This document shows, piece after piece, positions 1 to 11,628 of a stretch of DNA of 64,000 nucleotides. The stretch covers positions 56,896-120,895 of the forward strand of contig VRVR01000024.1 of NCBI GenBank assembly GCA_009859145.1, written 5' to 3'. Under the pieces are notes generated by a model. The model did no database searches, had not been told where the DNA came from, and was given only the letters and a program-made list of their open reading frames with translations. The DNA is from Andalucia godoyi And28. Its lineage: Eukaryota; Protista; Jakobida. Numbering within the stretch: the first letter of the stretch is position 1; every line of letters starts with the position of its first letter. Both the position numbers and the translations under genes were made by a program.

Positions 1-42
<42 letters not shown>

Positions 43-360
43 CCATTCCAGTCTCTCTCTTCTTCTTTTCTTTTCTTCTTCTTTTCCCATTTGTTCCCTT
101 TGCTTATAAACAAAAGAGGTTTTTTTTAAAAAAACTTTTCTTCTTCTTCTATTTATCTTTTCCTTACTCGATTGGCTTTCTTTTCCTTTTCTTTTTTCCT
201 TTTCTTTTCTTCTTTTCTTCTCTTTTTTAAATAATTAATTGTCTGTTTTCTTAATTCCCTTTTTTTTCTTTTCTTCCTTTTCTTTCGTCAGCTGTTCGTT
301 TGTTGTTGTTGTTGTTGTTTGGTGTGTGTGTGTGTGTGTGTGTGTGCGTGTGTGTGTTCT
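1..360. repeat. Microsatellite and low-complexity tract upstream of PKA
   Basis: (CT)n at 1-33, T/C-rich run, (TTG)n, (GT)n at about 321-357. Confidence 0.9.
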
Positions 361-470
361 TTTTGTGAGGAGTGTCACTGCTGCGACCAGACGGACCGAC
401 GGACGCAGATAGTCAACGAGGTAGAAGAAGAAGAAAAAGAAAAAGGAAGAGGAAAGCACAGTGGTAGAGA

Positions 471-1445
471 ATGCGAGCGGAAGATGCAGAGTCGTGGAGA
501 CTTGAAGATTTTGAACAGCTTGCGACGCTTGGAACAGGGACGTTTGGACGTGTTCGGCTTGTTCGGCACCGGTCGTCGTCGCGGTTTTATGCGATGAAGG
601 TTCTGAAAAAGTCAGAGATTATCCGGCTGAAGCAGGTCGAGCATATCCGGTCTGAAAAGGCAGTGCTGATTGAGGTTGCGCATCCATTTATTGTGTGTCT
701 GCACAAGACATTCCAGGACAAGGCGAATCTGTACATGATCATGGACTATGCGTGTGGAGGCGAGGTCTTTTCTCATCTGCGCAAGGCCGGACGCTTTACG
801 AATGATGTCGCGCGAGTGTATGCGGCGGAAATCATCTTGGCGCTCGAGGCACTGCACACGCGCGACATTGTCTATCGTGATCTCAAGCCGGAAAACTTGC
901 TGTTGGACGAAAAGGGCCACATCAAAATCACGGACTTTGGGTTCGCGAAAAAGGTCGTGGATCGCACATGGACGCTCTGTGGTACCCCCGAGTACCTTGC
1001 ACCTGAGATTATCCAGTCCAAGGGCCACGGGAAGGCTGTGGACTGGTGGGCCGTAGGCATTCTCGTCTATGAAATGCTCGTTGGCTACCCACCGTTCTTT
1101 GACGAGTCACCCTTCCGCATCTACGAAAAGATCCTCGAAGGAAGAGTCGACTTTCCGCGCTTTGTCGACAATGATGCAAAGGACCTCATCAAGAAGCTCC
1201 TCACCGCTGACCGCACCAAGAGACTCGGCGCGCTCAAGGACGGCCCTCTCGACGTCAAGAGACACCCATGGTTTGCCGGAATCGACTGGGACGCTCTTGC
1301 ACGCGGCGAATACCCGCCCCCGATCCCCGTACGCATCCAGCACCAAGGCGACACCCACTACTTTGAAAAGTATCCGGAAACCGTCGACCAACAACCAGCC
1401 CCAGAACTCGATCCCAAGCTACAGGATCTCTTTGCCGGCTTTTAA
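471..1445 (+). CDS. PKAC: cAMP-dependent protein kinase catalytic subunit (PKA-C/PRKX-like AGC kinase)
   Basis: Glycine loop GTGTFGRV, YAMK, YRDLKPEN, DFGFAK, TWTLCGTPEYLAPE, AGC C-tail ending DLFAGF (FxxF); 324 aa, no intron. Confidence 0.95.
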   Translation: MRAEDAESWRLEDFEQLATLGTGTFGRVRLVRHRSSSRFYAMKVLKKSEIIRLKQVEHIRSEKAVLIEVAHPFIVCLHKTFQDKANLYMIMDYACGGEVFSHLRKAGRFTNDVARVYAAEIILALEALHTRDIVYRDLKPENLLLDEKGHIKITDFGFAKKVVDRTWTLCGTPEYLAPEIIQSKGHGKAVDWWAVGILVYEMLVGYPPFFDESPFRIYEKILEGRVDFPRFVDNDAKDLIKKLLTADRTKRLGALKDGPLDVKRHPWFAGIDWDALARGEYPPPIPVRIQHQGDTHYFEKYPETVDQQPAPELDPKLQDLFAGF

Positions 1446-1489
1446 ATTAATTCCCCCTTCTCCAGCCCTATTCAACGTATCGGTAACCG

Positions 1490-1494
<5 letters not shown>

Positions 1495-1558
<64 letters not shown>
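1495..1558. repeat. (TC)n microsatellite, about 32 units
   Basis: Perfect dinucleotide run. Confidence 0.95.
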
Positions 1559-1563
<5 letters not shown>

Positions 1564-1825
1564 ATTTGTTTTCTTCCCCCACTCTCCTATTAGGATGCTG
1601 TACTTTGATATTATTTAAAAACCGTCTTTGTTCCATTCTTTCTTTTTCTTTTCTCAATTATTCGACGACATGCGTCGTCGGTTGTACTATCAATCCGTTT
1701 GAAAAGTCGAACTTGTCGTACAGTACATTACGAGGCATGAAGTGAGAGAGAGTGAGCGTGGTGTTTCGGAGTTGTGGAAAACAGAGAAATAAAGAAGAGG
1801 AAAGGCACGCAACGCAAACGCATGA

Positions 1826-2593
1826 ATGGGAGGTCCGCGAGTGGTAGTGCATGTGTCGAGGCTTCGTCCGCGGGCGCCTGTTCCCGACGTGGACACGCTT
1901 CGACAGACCGTTCATGACGATCGCGGAGTGCCGCTGCAGATCGACTGGCGCAGGGTCGGCGACGTGCTCTTCTGCGACCCGCTCGAAGCCCGCCGTCTAT
2001 ACTGGGCCTCCGAAGATCCGCCCTCGTGCCCCGCACCCTCCACTCTCTTTGTCTCCGTACCCAGACCTCCGCCACAGGCCTCGACTCCGACTACAGTAGG
2101 CACGGCCACGGCCACGGCCACGGCGATGGCGACGGCGACGGCGGGTGAAGAGACATCTCCTGCGACAAGCACAAAGACGTCTTCTTCGCCGCCGGTGCCG
2201 ATGCCACCTGCGGTGTTCACATCTACTGCACTTCGCCGAGTGGCATCGTCGCACTCGTCGTCCTCCTCTGCGTCTGCGTACTCGTCGTCGTGTGCAAACG
2301 GCAATGGCAATGAGGGCATCGATGATGATGATGATGATGATGGCGGTGGTGGTGGTAGTGCTGTGGGGATGCCGCCGTGCTTCCCTGCTGCATCGCCGTT
2401 TTCACGAACATCGTCTGCGGATCCCTTGCCGTTTCCGTCGTATGAGGGGATCCTTACGCCGTCGATGGACGACACTCGTGGGGCATGGGACCCGGAACAG
2501 TATGAGCGGAGCATCGAGGAGTCCGAGGACATCACGCAGTCGCAACTCGAGGCTGCATTTCGAGACCTGCATGGGACCGACTCGCTTCTCTAG
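1826..2593 (+). CDS. Hypothetical protein, tentatively Atg29-like (see findings)
   Basis: 255-aa ATG ORF with an ordered N-terminus (VVVHV...IDWRRVG), a low-complexity S/T/A/D linker and a C-terminal ITQSQLEAAF helix. It fills the gap between PKA and the hydrolase. Confidence 0.6.
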   Translation: MGGPRVVVHVSRLRPRAPVPDVDTLRQTVHDDRGVPLQIDWRRVGDVLFCDPLEARRLYWASEDPPSCPAPSTLFVSVPRPPPQASTPTTVGTATATATAMATATAGEETSPATSTKTSSSPPVPMPPAVFTSTALRRVASSHSSSSSASAYSSSCANGNGNEGIDDDDDDDGGGGGSAVGMPPCFPAASPFSRTSSADPLPFPSYEGILTPSMDDTRGAWDPEQYERSIEESEDITQSQLEAAFRDLHGTDSLL

Positions 2594-3651
2594 CGAGGCA
2601 GAGCACGCTGAAGAGAATTGGTGTCCGCACTCTGCATCGCCCCATCGTCGCATGGCCGCGTGGCCACATGATGGAAGATGAAATCGAGAATGGTGCGGCC
2701 TAGAATGGCAAAGTGGCGTGTGGAGCTGAAAAAGTGGGTAGCGCCTTGTACAAGCTTCCACTGCACACGATCTTTCCGCGCTCTTTCCTCACTCGCCTCG
2801 GGGTCGCCTTCCTGTTCCTTTCCCTGTTGCTGTTGAAGCTGTTGCTGGAGGTGATCGAAGAGCGCCTTGCCCATTTGCCATGGGACGTGATGGTCGTCGG
2901 ATCCATGGAGGAGCAGGACATCGACGTTGATCTTTTGAATACTGGAGGAAGGGTCCAATGCAGAGGAGTAGGACTCGTAATAGGGCATGCCGATGCGCCA
3001 GGACGACGCTGCGCTGCCGACTGTTGTCGATCCGCAAGCGCGCAGCTCGGCGATCTGGGACGCAGAAAAGTCGACCGCGCGTGCAGAGTCCATCGAGTCG
3101 ACACATGCAATGCACACCACTGAAGATAGGTTCACTCCAAACGCCCTTTGGACTGTGCGGCCATGGAGAATTGCGTATTGCATCGCAAGCAGCGCTCCGG
3201 TGCTCACGCCAATCACGCACACTCGGGGCCGCATATCCCGATCCGTGCCCGTGTTCGTGTCCGCACTGTTGTCCGTGCCAGGTGACAAGAATGCATGCTG
3301 GACGTACATGCAGATGCGGTGGACGTCGGCAAGATCGTCCACCAGTGTCTTGGTGAGCATGGACCCACGAGACCCCGGAAGACCAGCGCCGTTGAAACAC
3401 GTAAACACGCACTCGGGAACCTTGGACTGTAGCAGCGCACTTAGCTTGCGCGGATACCGACTTGCAAAGGGCGGTGGTGGAGGAGGTGAGGGCGCTCGCG
3501 GTGGAGCCGGTTGTGGATAGAGTATGGACAAATCTGGAAACCCGTGGAGATACACGAATGCGTACTTGGCACGACGGCTGGACAGGGTCTCCGGATGCTG
3601 GGATGTCGTCATCGTCAGCAGCCCATCCACATGCTCCATCACCATTGCCAT
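2590..3651 (-). CDS. Alpha/beta-fold hydrolase (esterase-like)
   Basis: YLHGFP oxyanion motif, nucleophile elbow GVSTG, LLLHGSDD acid motif and GATHFF histidine motif give a complete Ser-Asp-His triad. Confidence 0.85.
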   Translation of the reverse strand: MAMVMEHVDGLLTMTTSQHPETLSSRRAKYAFVYLHGFPDLSILYPQPAPPRAPSPPPPPPFASRYPRKLSALLQSKVPECVFTCFNGAGLPGSRGSMLTKTLVDDLADVHRICMYVQHAFLSPGTDNSADTNTGTDRDMRPRVCVIGVSTGALLAMQYAILHGRTVQRAFGVNLSSVVCIACVDSMDSARAVDFSASQIAELRACGSTTVGSAASSWRIGMPYYESYSSALDPSSSIQKINVDVLLLHGSDDHHVPWQMGKALFDHLQQQLQQQQGKEQEGDPEASEERARKDRVQWKLVQGATHFFSSTRHFAILGRTILDFIFHHVATRPCDDGAMQSADTNSLQRALPR

Positions 3652-4581
3652 CGTAATTCACAACCGCAAACCCAAAACCAAAATACAAAAAAAGGGTGAG
3701 CAAATCGATGTTGATTTTTAATTTTGTATAAAAATACAAATGATTTTACTATGAAAAACGATGCACACCAGTTAGAACTGCACGATGCTTGACAAACCAC
3801 AAATTACACAACCACGACGAAACACAACCGAACAAACGAGAAGAGAAGAGAAGAGAAGCAGATGGGTTCCAATCAGTCCTATCATTGTGCGCACATGGAA
3901 TCTTGTATGATACATAACAATTCGCGCATTTGGCTATTTTTTCGTCATTTCAAAAACCACACTTGCCTCTCTCCTCCCTCTCCTTGACAGAAACAAAAAC
4001 AAAAAAAACAAAAAAAAAAAGGAATTTGTAAAGTGCACAAAGAATGACATACAGTACTCAGCACGCTCGGTAATTCATATACTACTACTACTACTACTAT
4101 AATTTAAATATATATGTACATATGTCTATTATTTTCGAGAGTCAAACAACTATATAAACATTCTTCAATCAATGAAGAAGAAAAACGAAAAATGACGACA
4201 ACAACAATGAGCAAAAGTGCGAAAAGTGTGTCAGTTTGGGAATTACAACACTGTAAGCGAGAAATGTCATTCTAGCGTCACGTGATGCACGTCGTGGGTT
4301 TTTCCGTTTATTTCCAGTATTTTTTATTATATATTTTTATTAAAATATATGCTAATAAATCTGTTTTTTGTTTTTAGTTTTTTGTTTTTTTGCATTGTAT
4401 TCTTCTGTTTTTGTTTTGCTTGTCTGCTTCCTTTTTCCGGAAAAGTGTTCACGCCAACTTGTACACCCTGACCGAGACCGACCCGACGCATTCCACTGGG
4501 TAATAGAGGTAACGTGGACAGAGGCGAAGGCGGAGGAGGCGGAGGCGGAGGCGGAGGACGAGGACGAGGACGAGGACGAGG

Positions 4582-6888
4582 ATGCGTGGATATACGCTTA
4601 GCGAGGGCCATCATTTTCTGGTGGAGCGTGTGACATCGTCGAGTCCGCTGCACCGGGGTCTGAGTCGGGTGCTGGTGGTTGATCCGCGGGCGCGGACGTT
4701 GAGCTGGGAGTCGGATCCGCAACATCACGTGACGCATTCGATTGATGATGTGCTGGGGATTCGCAATTACGACAGCGACGCGCTTGTGTTTGGGATAGAA
4801 GTCACGGGGCTTTCAGAGCTGTTGTTCCGGGCACAGTCGATTGTGCAGAAACAGACGATCCTGACGCTGCTCGATGCGTGTTTTGAGGACCGGCGCGCAT
4901 CGGATATTGACTCCATCATCGACGCTGCAAAGGATGCCGCAGAGGATTTCCTGTGCGGCCTGCTCCAATCCACTACGCACGGCGGCAGCTCGGCGGCGGC
5001 GGTGGGTGTGGCGCAGAACAGCACAAGAGCGAGCCGTGAGGAAAAGGTTGTCCCGGTGGGAGAACGGAGATATCGATTGGACACGCTGTGGGATTCGTGC
5101 GACGCGAAGGACACGTTTGCGTTGCGGAAAGTCGCAGATCATCTCGTCGATGCTCAAGTCGTCGGGCTTGATATTGGCTATACTCGACCGCGTAGAAGGC
5201 CGCTGCCTCCGCCGCCGCCGTCGGTGGCGTCACATGTCCAAGTGCATGGAGTGACGGGTGAGTATGCTGCGCTCCCTGTGGAGATGACAGACGGAACAGG
5301 AACAGGAACAGGAACAGGAACAGGAACAGGAACAGGAGCATCTCCATTCCTTGCCCAGCGTTCTCGCTCGAATTCGTCAAATGCATCCGCTCAGAGCGTC
5401 GTTCGAACGAAGGCGAGTACAACGAGCGGGTCACCTCCAAGTCGTCCGCCGCCGCCGGTTCCAGGCACATCCGGGTCCGGTACTGGCTCTGCAGTAAGTC
5501 GGCCCCCAGCACTCGATCTTTCGTTCGAACCGGCTCATAGTCGCAGCCGCATCGAGAATGGCACCGGCTATCGCAGTCACAATGACAAATCGCTTGAAAA
5601 TGAGCACGATGAAGAGGCATATGACACTGCAACTGGTGACGCCGCGGGCTCGCATGTGGATGCGGGGGCCTCTGGATCGGCGCAGATGCAGCGTGCGCTT
5701 GATATTTTGCAGTCATCGATGCAGCGCATTCTGGCGTCTCAAAAGATTGCGACGCAGATGGAAACGCCGTTTTCAGAGCGTATTAAGGCGATGATTGCGA
5801 GCGAAGACACGCAAGAACAGCAGGCGCCCGTCGAGGATTTCGTGAATCTCACTTCAGCGGAGATCTCTCTCAAGTACCACGACAACCCGGGGATCCAGCA
5901 GTCCTACCGCGCGTTCTTGCTGCACAAAACGCATGCGGCTGCTCAGCAGCTTTCGCCAATGTCGGAGCCTTCCATGACGCACTTGCCTTCCCCATCACCT
6001 CTTGGAAAATCTCAACCCCAAGCCCCAGTTCATGGACAAGGACAAGGACACGGACAAGGACACGGTGCAAGTTCCATCGATGGGACCCCAAAGTCATCAC
6101 ATATCGCTGCCGAAGAGAATCGAAGCGTCATTCGTAATGACAAGGACAACGAAATGGACAACCCTGCTGTCTATTCGAGTGCTGCTGCACATAATACATT
6201 TGCTGCTCCTTCATCCTCTGCATCGTTGCCTCCTGGGCCTGCAAACGGTGCAGGCCCAACTTCGCCGGATCCAAATGCCATTCGGCTGGCTGCGAAAGAA
6301 GAGCGTCGACGACAGCTGGAGCTCGCCATGAGTGCCAGGCACAAGAATGCAAAGGCATCGCCGATGAATGCGTCTTCTGGTACTTCTGTCTCGCCATCCA
6401 AGCGAGCACGATCATCCACAACTCAGAAACAGTCTCCACGATTCACGGCATCGACGACACAGAATTCACCCGCAGGGTCAAACCCAAGTACCCCATCGGC
6501 CCCCCATCGCTCATCTGCTGCTTCCGCAACGTCGTCAACGCCGTCGCCGGCTGCAAAACCTGCCAAAGGGCCCGCTACCGAGAACAGCCCCGCGGTTGAT
6601 CCTCTCCACATTATCCGTCCTTTGGGCAATGATAGCGCTCCGAGTGTCGTATCTGCTGAATCCCAAGTGGCTGACGACAAGCAGCCTGTTGCTTCGGAGG
6701 CGGAGCCGCTTGTTCCCAGCACGGATGCGCCAGAGTCCGCCGCTGCGATGCCTGCAACCCCCACGGCTGCTGCGGATGCGCCAGCGCTGATTCCCAACTG
6801 GGAGCGATATACGTCTCCAGATGGAAAATTCTACTACTATAACCGCGTGACTGGAGAGTGCACCTGGGATCCGCCCATCGTCGCATAG
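4582..6888 (+). CDS. WW-domain protein with a possible PH-like N-terminus and a long disordered middle
   Basis: C-terminal WW domain LIPNWERYTSPDGKFYYYNRVTGECTWDPP; proline-rich stretches; 768-aa ATG ORF. Confidence 0.8.
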   Translation: MRGYTLSEGHHFLVERVTSSSPLHRGLSRVLVVDPRARTLSWESDPQHHVTHSIDDVLGIRNYDSDALVFGIEVTGLSELLFRAQSIVQKQTILTLLDACFEDRRASDIDSIIDAAKDAAEDFLCGLLQSTTHGGSSAAAVGVAQNSTRASREEKVVPVGERRYRLDTLWDSCDAKDTFALRKVADHLVDAQVVGLDIGYTRPRRRPLPPPPPSVASHVQVHGVTGEYAALPVEMTDGTGTGTGTGTGTGTGASPFLAQRSRSNSSNASAQSVVRTKASTTSGSPPSRPPPPVPGTSGSGTGSAVSRPPALDLSFEPAHSRSRIENGTGYRSHNDKSLENEHDEEAYDTATGDAAGSHVDAGASGSAQMQRALDILQSSMQRILASQKIATQMETPFSERIKAMIASEDTQEQQAPVEDFVNLTSAEISLKYHDNPGIQQSYRAFLLHKTHAAAQQLSPMSEPSMTHLPSPSPLGKSQPQAPVHGQGQGHGQGHGASSIDGTPKSSHIAAEENRSVIRNDKDNEMDNPAVYSSAAAHNTFAAPSSSASLPPGPANGAGPTSPDPNAIRLAAKEERRRQLELAMSARHKNAKASPMNASSGTSVSPSKRARSSTTQKQSPRFTASTTQNSPAGSNPSTPSAPHRSSAASATSSTPSPAAKPAKGPATENSPAVDPLHIIRPLGNDSAPSVVSAESQVADDKQPVASEAEPLVPSTDAPESAAAMPATPTAAADAPALIPNWERYTSPDGKFYYYNRVTGECTWDPPIVA

Positions 6889-7100
6889 TGTCCATTCATT
6901 CAAAGGCCTCCGCTGCAGAGTAATCATTTGGGTGTCAGTGGATCTTGTTGTGTACATTCTTTACAACCCCGAAATTGTATATAATACAAACCGAATTCGT
7001 CGTGGTTTTTTTCTTTCGTGTTTTTCGTGGGTTTTTTGTTTTGTTTTGTTTTGTCCTTCCTCCCCGATGCATAAGAGACACAGGCGCTCGCTCTGAAGAT

Positions 7101-9347
7101 CTAATTCCTCCTGGCACGCTTTGCAGGAGGGCCTCTTTTGCGTAAATAGTCTCGTTTCTGCTGCTGTCTCTCCTTGTGTCTTTCTTGGCGCTTGCGTTGC
7201 ATTTTCTGCGGCTTCTTCGCTGAGCCTGCCGCCGATTTTGCGACAGAACGGCTTGAAACCACGCCAGTATCATCGTCGTTGTCGTCACTATTGCCGTCAG
7301 CATCATCATCATCATCATCATCACCAGCATTGTCACCACCAGCATTGTCATCCTCGCTGTCACCAAGAACGTCTGCTGCAGACCGTTTCAAGCTGTTCTT
7401 CTCATTTGCATTTTGTTTCTTTTGCTTGTTCTTCTTGTTCTTCTGGTCCTCGTCCTCTGGATTGTAGGAGCCCATGATGGCTGCCTCTTGAACGCTCTGG
7501 CGCTTCTTCGGAGCTTCCTCCCAGTTTTTCCGCTTGGACCGCGAGTCCTTCAGCTTAAGAACCCACGGGTCCACAGATCCTCCAGCCTCTCGAACCATGT
7601 TTGCGATTGCTTTGAGGTAATCCTTGTCTTCCTCTGAAAAGAACGTGTATGCCTCTCCGCGTGTGAACTTCTCCTGGCCTGACTCCACAACTCCGCGGCC
7701 CGCTCGCCCTACACGATGGACGTAGGACAGAATCGTTGTCGGCAAGTCATAGTTGATGACCGTCGCAACCCGTGCAAAATCAACACCTCGTGCTAGCAAG
7801 TCCGTGCAGATGAGAACCCACAGCTTGCCGAGTCGGAAATCATCAATGATGCGCTCACGGTCGGCAGACGAGCGGTCCGCATGAATGCGGTCAAGCTTGA
7901 TGTGCGGGTAGTCATTTGACAATTCCTTGAACAGCTCTTCGCATCGCTTGATAGACTGCACAAAAACAAGCACCGGAAGTTTCAGGCCCCCAAGCGTAAA
8001 CAAGTTTCGCATCTGCACGAGTTTTCCGTGTTCTGTTCCACAAAACATAAGCTTTTGCGCAACCCGTTCGTTGGAGATTGGTGTGGACCGCACGCCAACA
8101 ACGAGCCGCAAAGGCGCCGAACATACAGAGCGAGCTGCTTCTTCCACTGCAGGCGGGATTGTGGCAGAAAACAAGGCAATTGTCGGTCTCGTAAGCTTGC
8201 TCTCCTCCGACGCTGCCTCTCCATCCTTCTTGGCAGCCTTGCTCTTCTTTCCCTTTCCACCAGCACTGACGCTCATAGCCCTCTCTGCAGCCATTTTTTG
8301 CGCCTGCCGTTGATGCGTCTTCACCAGATTCTCGAGGATCGTATCAATTGCAGACAAGAATTCCGTATCTGACCACATCCGGTCCGCTTCATCAAACACT
8401 GCAAACTTTGCGTTCACCCAGTCACTCCTGATTTCATTTCGAGATCTGTCATCGGTGTTCTTTCCATGTCTCCTCTTGCTCTTGCTGCGGCTGCTCTTGC
8501 TCGTCTGCATCGGCTCATGTGTGATATCCGCATCTGAACCAGAGTCCGAGTGTCCGCCGTCGTCCTTTCGGCTGATGGAATGACCGCTCGGCAACTCGCT
8601 GTTTGCCACTGGCTCGGCAAGCAAAGAATGCACAAACGCAGCCGGGGTGCCAACATAGATGAAATCCAGCGCGTCGTCAGCCAGCTTGATTGCCTCTCTG
8701 CGTACCTGACGCACAAGCTCAAACGTAGGAACCACAACGATGGTCTTTTCGCGCAGAGCAAGCGCAGGAATCAAATACGAAAAGGTCTTTCCAGAACCAG
8801 TAGGAGCACATGCAAGCAAGTCTCTTCTCTCGAGGAAAATCGGGATGGCTTGCATCTGAATTGGAGTCAGCTGCGAAAAATTCGGCAGCAGCATTCCACA
8901 GACGTGAGTGCCTTCCTCTTCTTTTTCTTCTAGTCGTCGCCGATGCCCGTTGCTGGTTCTGTTGTTGCTGTACAGCCCGTGCGCCGGAAGCTTGGACAAT
9001 CGATGGACAAGCGCCTGCGGGGTAGAAATCAAGTCTGGACATCCCGCCCCATCGACTTTGATGTGATGTTTCCGTCGCAGCTTCACGGAGTCTATTTCCT
9101 CTCGAGGCTCCAACGCCTGCTCTTCGGCATCTGCGACGTCATTGGAGTCTTCGGTGTGCCTGTGTGTGGAATTCGAGGACGAGAAAAAGTCGATGGAAAG
9201 AGGAATATTCGACGACTTCAGAGTCTCGGCAGAAATCGCTCGGATCGAAGCTTCTGTGGACTGCAAGCTCTTAAACCGAGTCATGTCATTCTGATATTTC
9301 TTCCTGTTGAATTTTGTGCCGGAAGACAGTAATGAGAACGCATCCAT
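7101..9347 (-). CDS. DDX52: DEAD-box RNA helicase DDX52/ROK1
   Basis: Start [13 protein letters not shown] (ATG 9347), Q motif [35 protein letters not shown], and ROK1-type [26 protein letters not shown]. Confidence 0.92.
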   Translation of the reverse strand: MDAFSLLSSGTKFNRKKYQNDMTRFKSLQSTEASIRAISAETLKSSNIPLSIDFFSSSNSTHRHTEDSNDVADAEEQALEPREEIDSVKLRRKHHIKVDGAGCPDLISTPQALVHRLSKLPAHGLYSNNRTSNGHRRRLEEKEEEGTHVCGMLLPNFSQLTPIQMQAIPIFLERRDLLACAPTGSGKTFSYLIPALALREKTIVVVPTFELVRQVRREAIKLADDALDFIYVGTPAAFVHSLLAEPVANSELPSGHSISRKDDGGHSDSGSDADITHEPMQTSKSSRSKSKRRHGKNTDDRSRNEIRSDWVNAKFAVFDEADRMWSDTEFLSAIDTILENLVKTHQRQAQKMAAERAMSVSAGGKGKKSKAAKKDGEAASEESKLTRPTIALFSATIPPAVEEAARSVCSAPLRLVVGVRSTPISNERVAQKLMFCGTEHGKLVQMRNLFTLGGLKLPVLVFVQSIKRCEELFKELSNDYPHIKLDRIHADRSSADRERIIDDFRLGKLWVLICTDLLARGVDFARVATVINYDLPTTILSYVHRVGRAGRGVVESGQEKFTRGEAYTFFSEEDKDYLKAIANMVREAGGSVDPWVLKLKDSRSKRKNWEEAPKKRQSVQEAAIMGSYNPEDEDQKNKKNKQKKQNANEKNSLKRSAADVLGDSEDDNAGGDNAGDDDDDDDADGNSDDNDDDTGVVSSRSVAKSAAGSAKKPQKMQRKRQERHKERQQQKRDYLRKRGPPAKRARRN

Positions 9348-9423
9348 TTCCAACCAATCCCGGTCTTCTCTTCTACACAATCGGTAAAAAAGAAGAACGC
9401 TGAAATAAAGAAATGCATTATCA

Positions 9424-9459
9424 GAAGAAGAAGAAGAAGAAGAAGAAGAAGAAGAAGAA
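9424..9459. repeat. (AGA)n microsatellite upstream of DDX52
   Basis: Perfect trinucleotide run. Confidence 0.9.
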
Positions 9460-9809
9460 AATGAAAGAAACGAAAAACCAAAAATCCGCACATAATTACG
9501 AGTAATACAATAACAAAAAATTAAAAAGACAAAGTCCATCAAAGAGCGAAATACGATGACATGAGTCTGTCAGTCTGTCCATAGAGTACTTCACTCTCCA
9601 ATCGATGTGTTTTGTCTGTCCTCGGTTTTTTTATTATTATTATTAATATTAAATTTATTACTTTTTAATTAATCGATTTTTATTTGTTTATAATTTGTTT
9701 TTGTTTTTCTTATTGCATGTTCTGCGTGGCATACTCGCGCCGCTTGCCGTTGTTTGTCGCCCGTAGTTGTTTTTTCGCTAGTAGTCCAAAATCTGTTTCC
9801 GGTCGCAAG

Positions 9810-10961
9810 ATGCCTCCCAAGTCTGCTGTTGTGGAAGAGAAGATCGCGCTTGGTCGTGTAGGTTCGAATCTTCAAGTTGGGATTGTTGGTGTTCCAAACG
9901 TTGGAAAGTCCTCTACCTTCAATCTGTTGACTCGCCAGAGTGTGCCTGCAGAGAACTACCCGTTCTGCACGATTGATCCCAACCATGCGCGAGTCATTGT
10001 GCCCGATGCGCGCTTTGACAAGCTGGTGGAAAAGTACAAGCCCGCCAGCGCTGTTCCTGCGTTCTTGCAAGTCACAGATATTGCTGGTCTCGTGAAGGGT
10101 GCGTCGGAGGGTGCGGGTCTTGGAAATGCATTCCTCTCTCACATCCGCGCAACCGATGCCATCTTCCAGATCGTGCGCTGCTTTGAAGATGCAGATGTCA
10201 CCCATGTCGAAGGCGGCGTGGATCCAGTCCGCGATCTCGAGATTATCTCTAACGAGCTTAGGCTGAAGGATCTTGAATTCTTGACAAAACAGCTCGAGCA
10301 GCTTACGTCCAAGCGCAACCGAGGCCCCGCCGACAAGGAGCACGAGCACATGGTGGACCTTACAAAGAGATTGGTGGAGGTTTTGGAAGCCGGAAAGGAC
10401 ATTCGCTTTGGAGAGTGGAAGAATGCAGATATTGAGCTGTTGAACACTATGCAATTGCTGACTGCAAAGCCCGTTCTGTACATTGCAAACATGTCCGCGG
10501 AAGACTACGAACGCAAGAAGAACAAGTGGCTTGCCAAGGTCAAGAAGTGGATCGACGACCACTGCCCAGGCGAGCAGCTCGTTCCGTACTCTGTCAAGCA
10601 TGAAACTGCGTTGCTGGATCAGGGGAAGATCGAGGGTTCGCAACTCGAAAAGATCATCACCACCGGATACCATCTGTTGAACCTGGCGCATTTCTTCACT
10701 GCAGGGGAAGACGAGGTCAAGGCATGGACCATCCAGAAGGGCACGAAGGCTCCGCAGGCTGCAGGGAAGATCCACACCGATTTCGAACGCGGCTTTATCT
10801 GCGCCGAAGTGTGCAAATTCGAGGATCTCATGGAACATGGCTCCGAAGCAGCTTGCAGAGCCGCTGGAAAGTACAGGCAGCAGGGTCGCGAATACGTTGT
10901 TGCAGACGGAGACATTATCCTTTTCCGATTTAACGTCACTAAGGATGCAAAGAAGAAGTAA
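9810..10961 (+). CDS. OLA1: Obg-like ATPase 1 (OLA1/YchF)
   Basis: MPPK start, [43 protein letters not shown]-terminal TGS domain ([18 protein letters not shown]). Confidence 0.96.
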   Translation: MPPKSAVVEEKIALGRVGSNLQVGIVGVPNVGKSSTFNLLTRQSVPAENYPFCTIDPNHARVIVPDARFDKLVEKYKPASAVPAFLQVTDIAGLVKGASEGAGLGNAFLSHIRATDAIFQIVRCFEDADVTHVEGGVDPVRDLEIISNELRLKDLEFLTKQLEQLTSKRNRGPADKEHEHMVDLTKRLVEVLEAGKDIRFGEWKNADIELLNTMQLLTAKPVLYIANMSAEDYERKKNKWLAKVKKWIDDHCPGEQLVPYSVKHETALLDQGKIEGSQLEKIITTGYHLLNLAHFFTAGEDEVKAWTIQKGTKAPQAAGKIHTDFERGFICAEVCKFEDLMEHGSEAACRAAGKYRQQGREYVVADGDIILFRFNVTKDAKKK

Positions 10962-11628
10962 TGCTGGTATCCTTGTCTTTTCCCCAACTTCTTTATTCTT
11001 TCATTTCTTTCTTGCTTTTATTATTTTATATTTTTTCCCCCTTTTTATCTTCTCTTTTCCTTTGTTTTTTTGTTTTGCTTCCTTTCCTCTCCTATGTTAA
11101 AGCAAACGACGCAACGGTCTCTTTCTGTTCTTCTATGTTGTTTATACATATATACACATTGCTGGGTAACGAATACTGCAACGTTCATTTCGACGTTTCC
11201 TTAAAAAGGGAATTTTGCTAATTGTCTAATTGTCAATAGGAAATGCGTGTAAAATGGAGAATGCCTATTCCCCTTTTTCATATATGGTTTTTTTTTTTTC
11301 AAAAACCCGTGTCTTGGGTTTCCCGCCAGTTCAACTTTTTTGTATTCTGCCCCTTCCGTTTTGGTTCATGGCAAAAGTGCCTGCGTCTATTAGCCAAAGC
11401 TCTGAGAAAATACCCTCAAGTAAACGCAGGAATGAGGCTGAACAGAAGAAGAGCAGGGTGAGTGGGAGAGAGGAGAAAGAGAAAGAGAGAGAGAGAGAGA
11501 GAGAAGGGAGGAGAGAGAGGATGACTCTGGATCAACGTAATAAGTTTACCATGGTGGGAAAGAATACAAATAAACATCCCAACTTCAGGTGGGGCTGGGT
11601 CTCTTCCAACAGAGAAGAGGGAGCTAGC

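Noticed and set aside
9669-10838. Long antisense or alternate-frame ORFs (e.g. 9669-10838, 2789-3739, 23951-24820, 23180-23905, 4973-5716)
   Set aside because: They overlap well-supported genes and have no motifs; such shadows are expected from biased codon usage.
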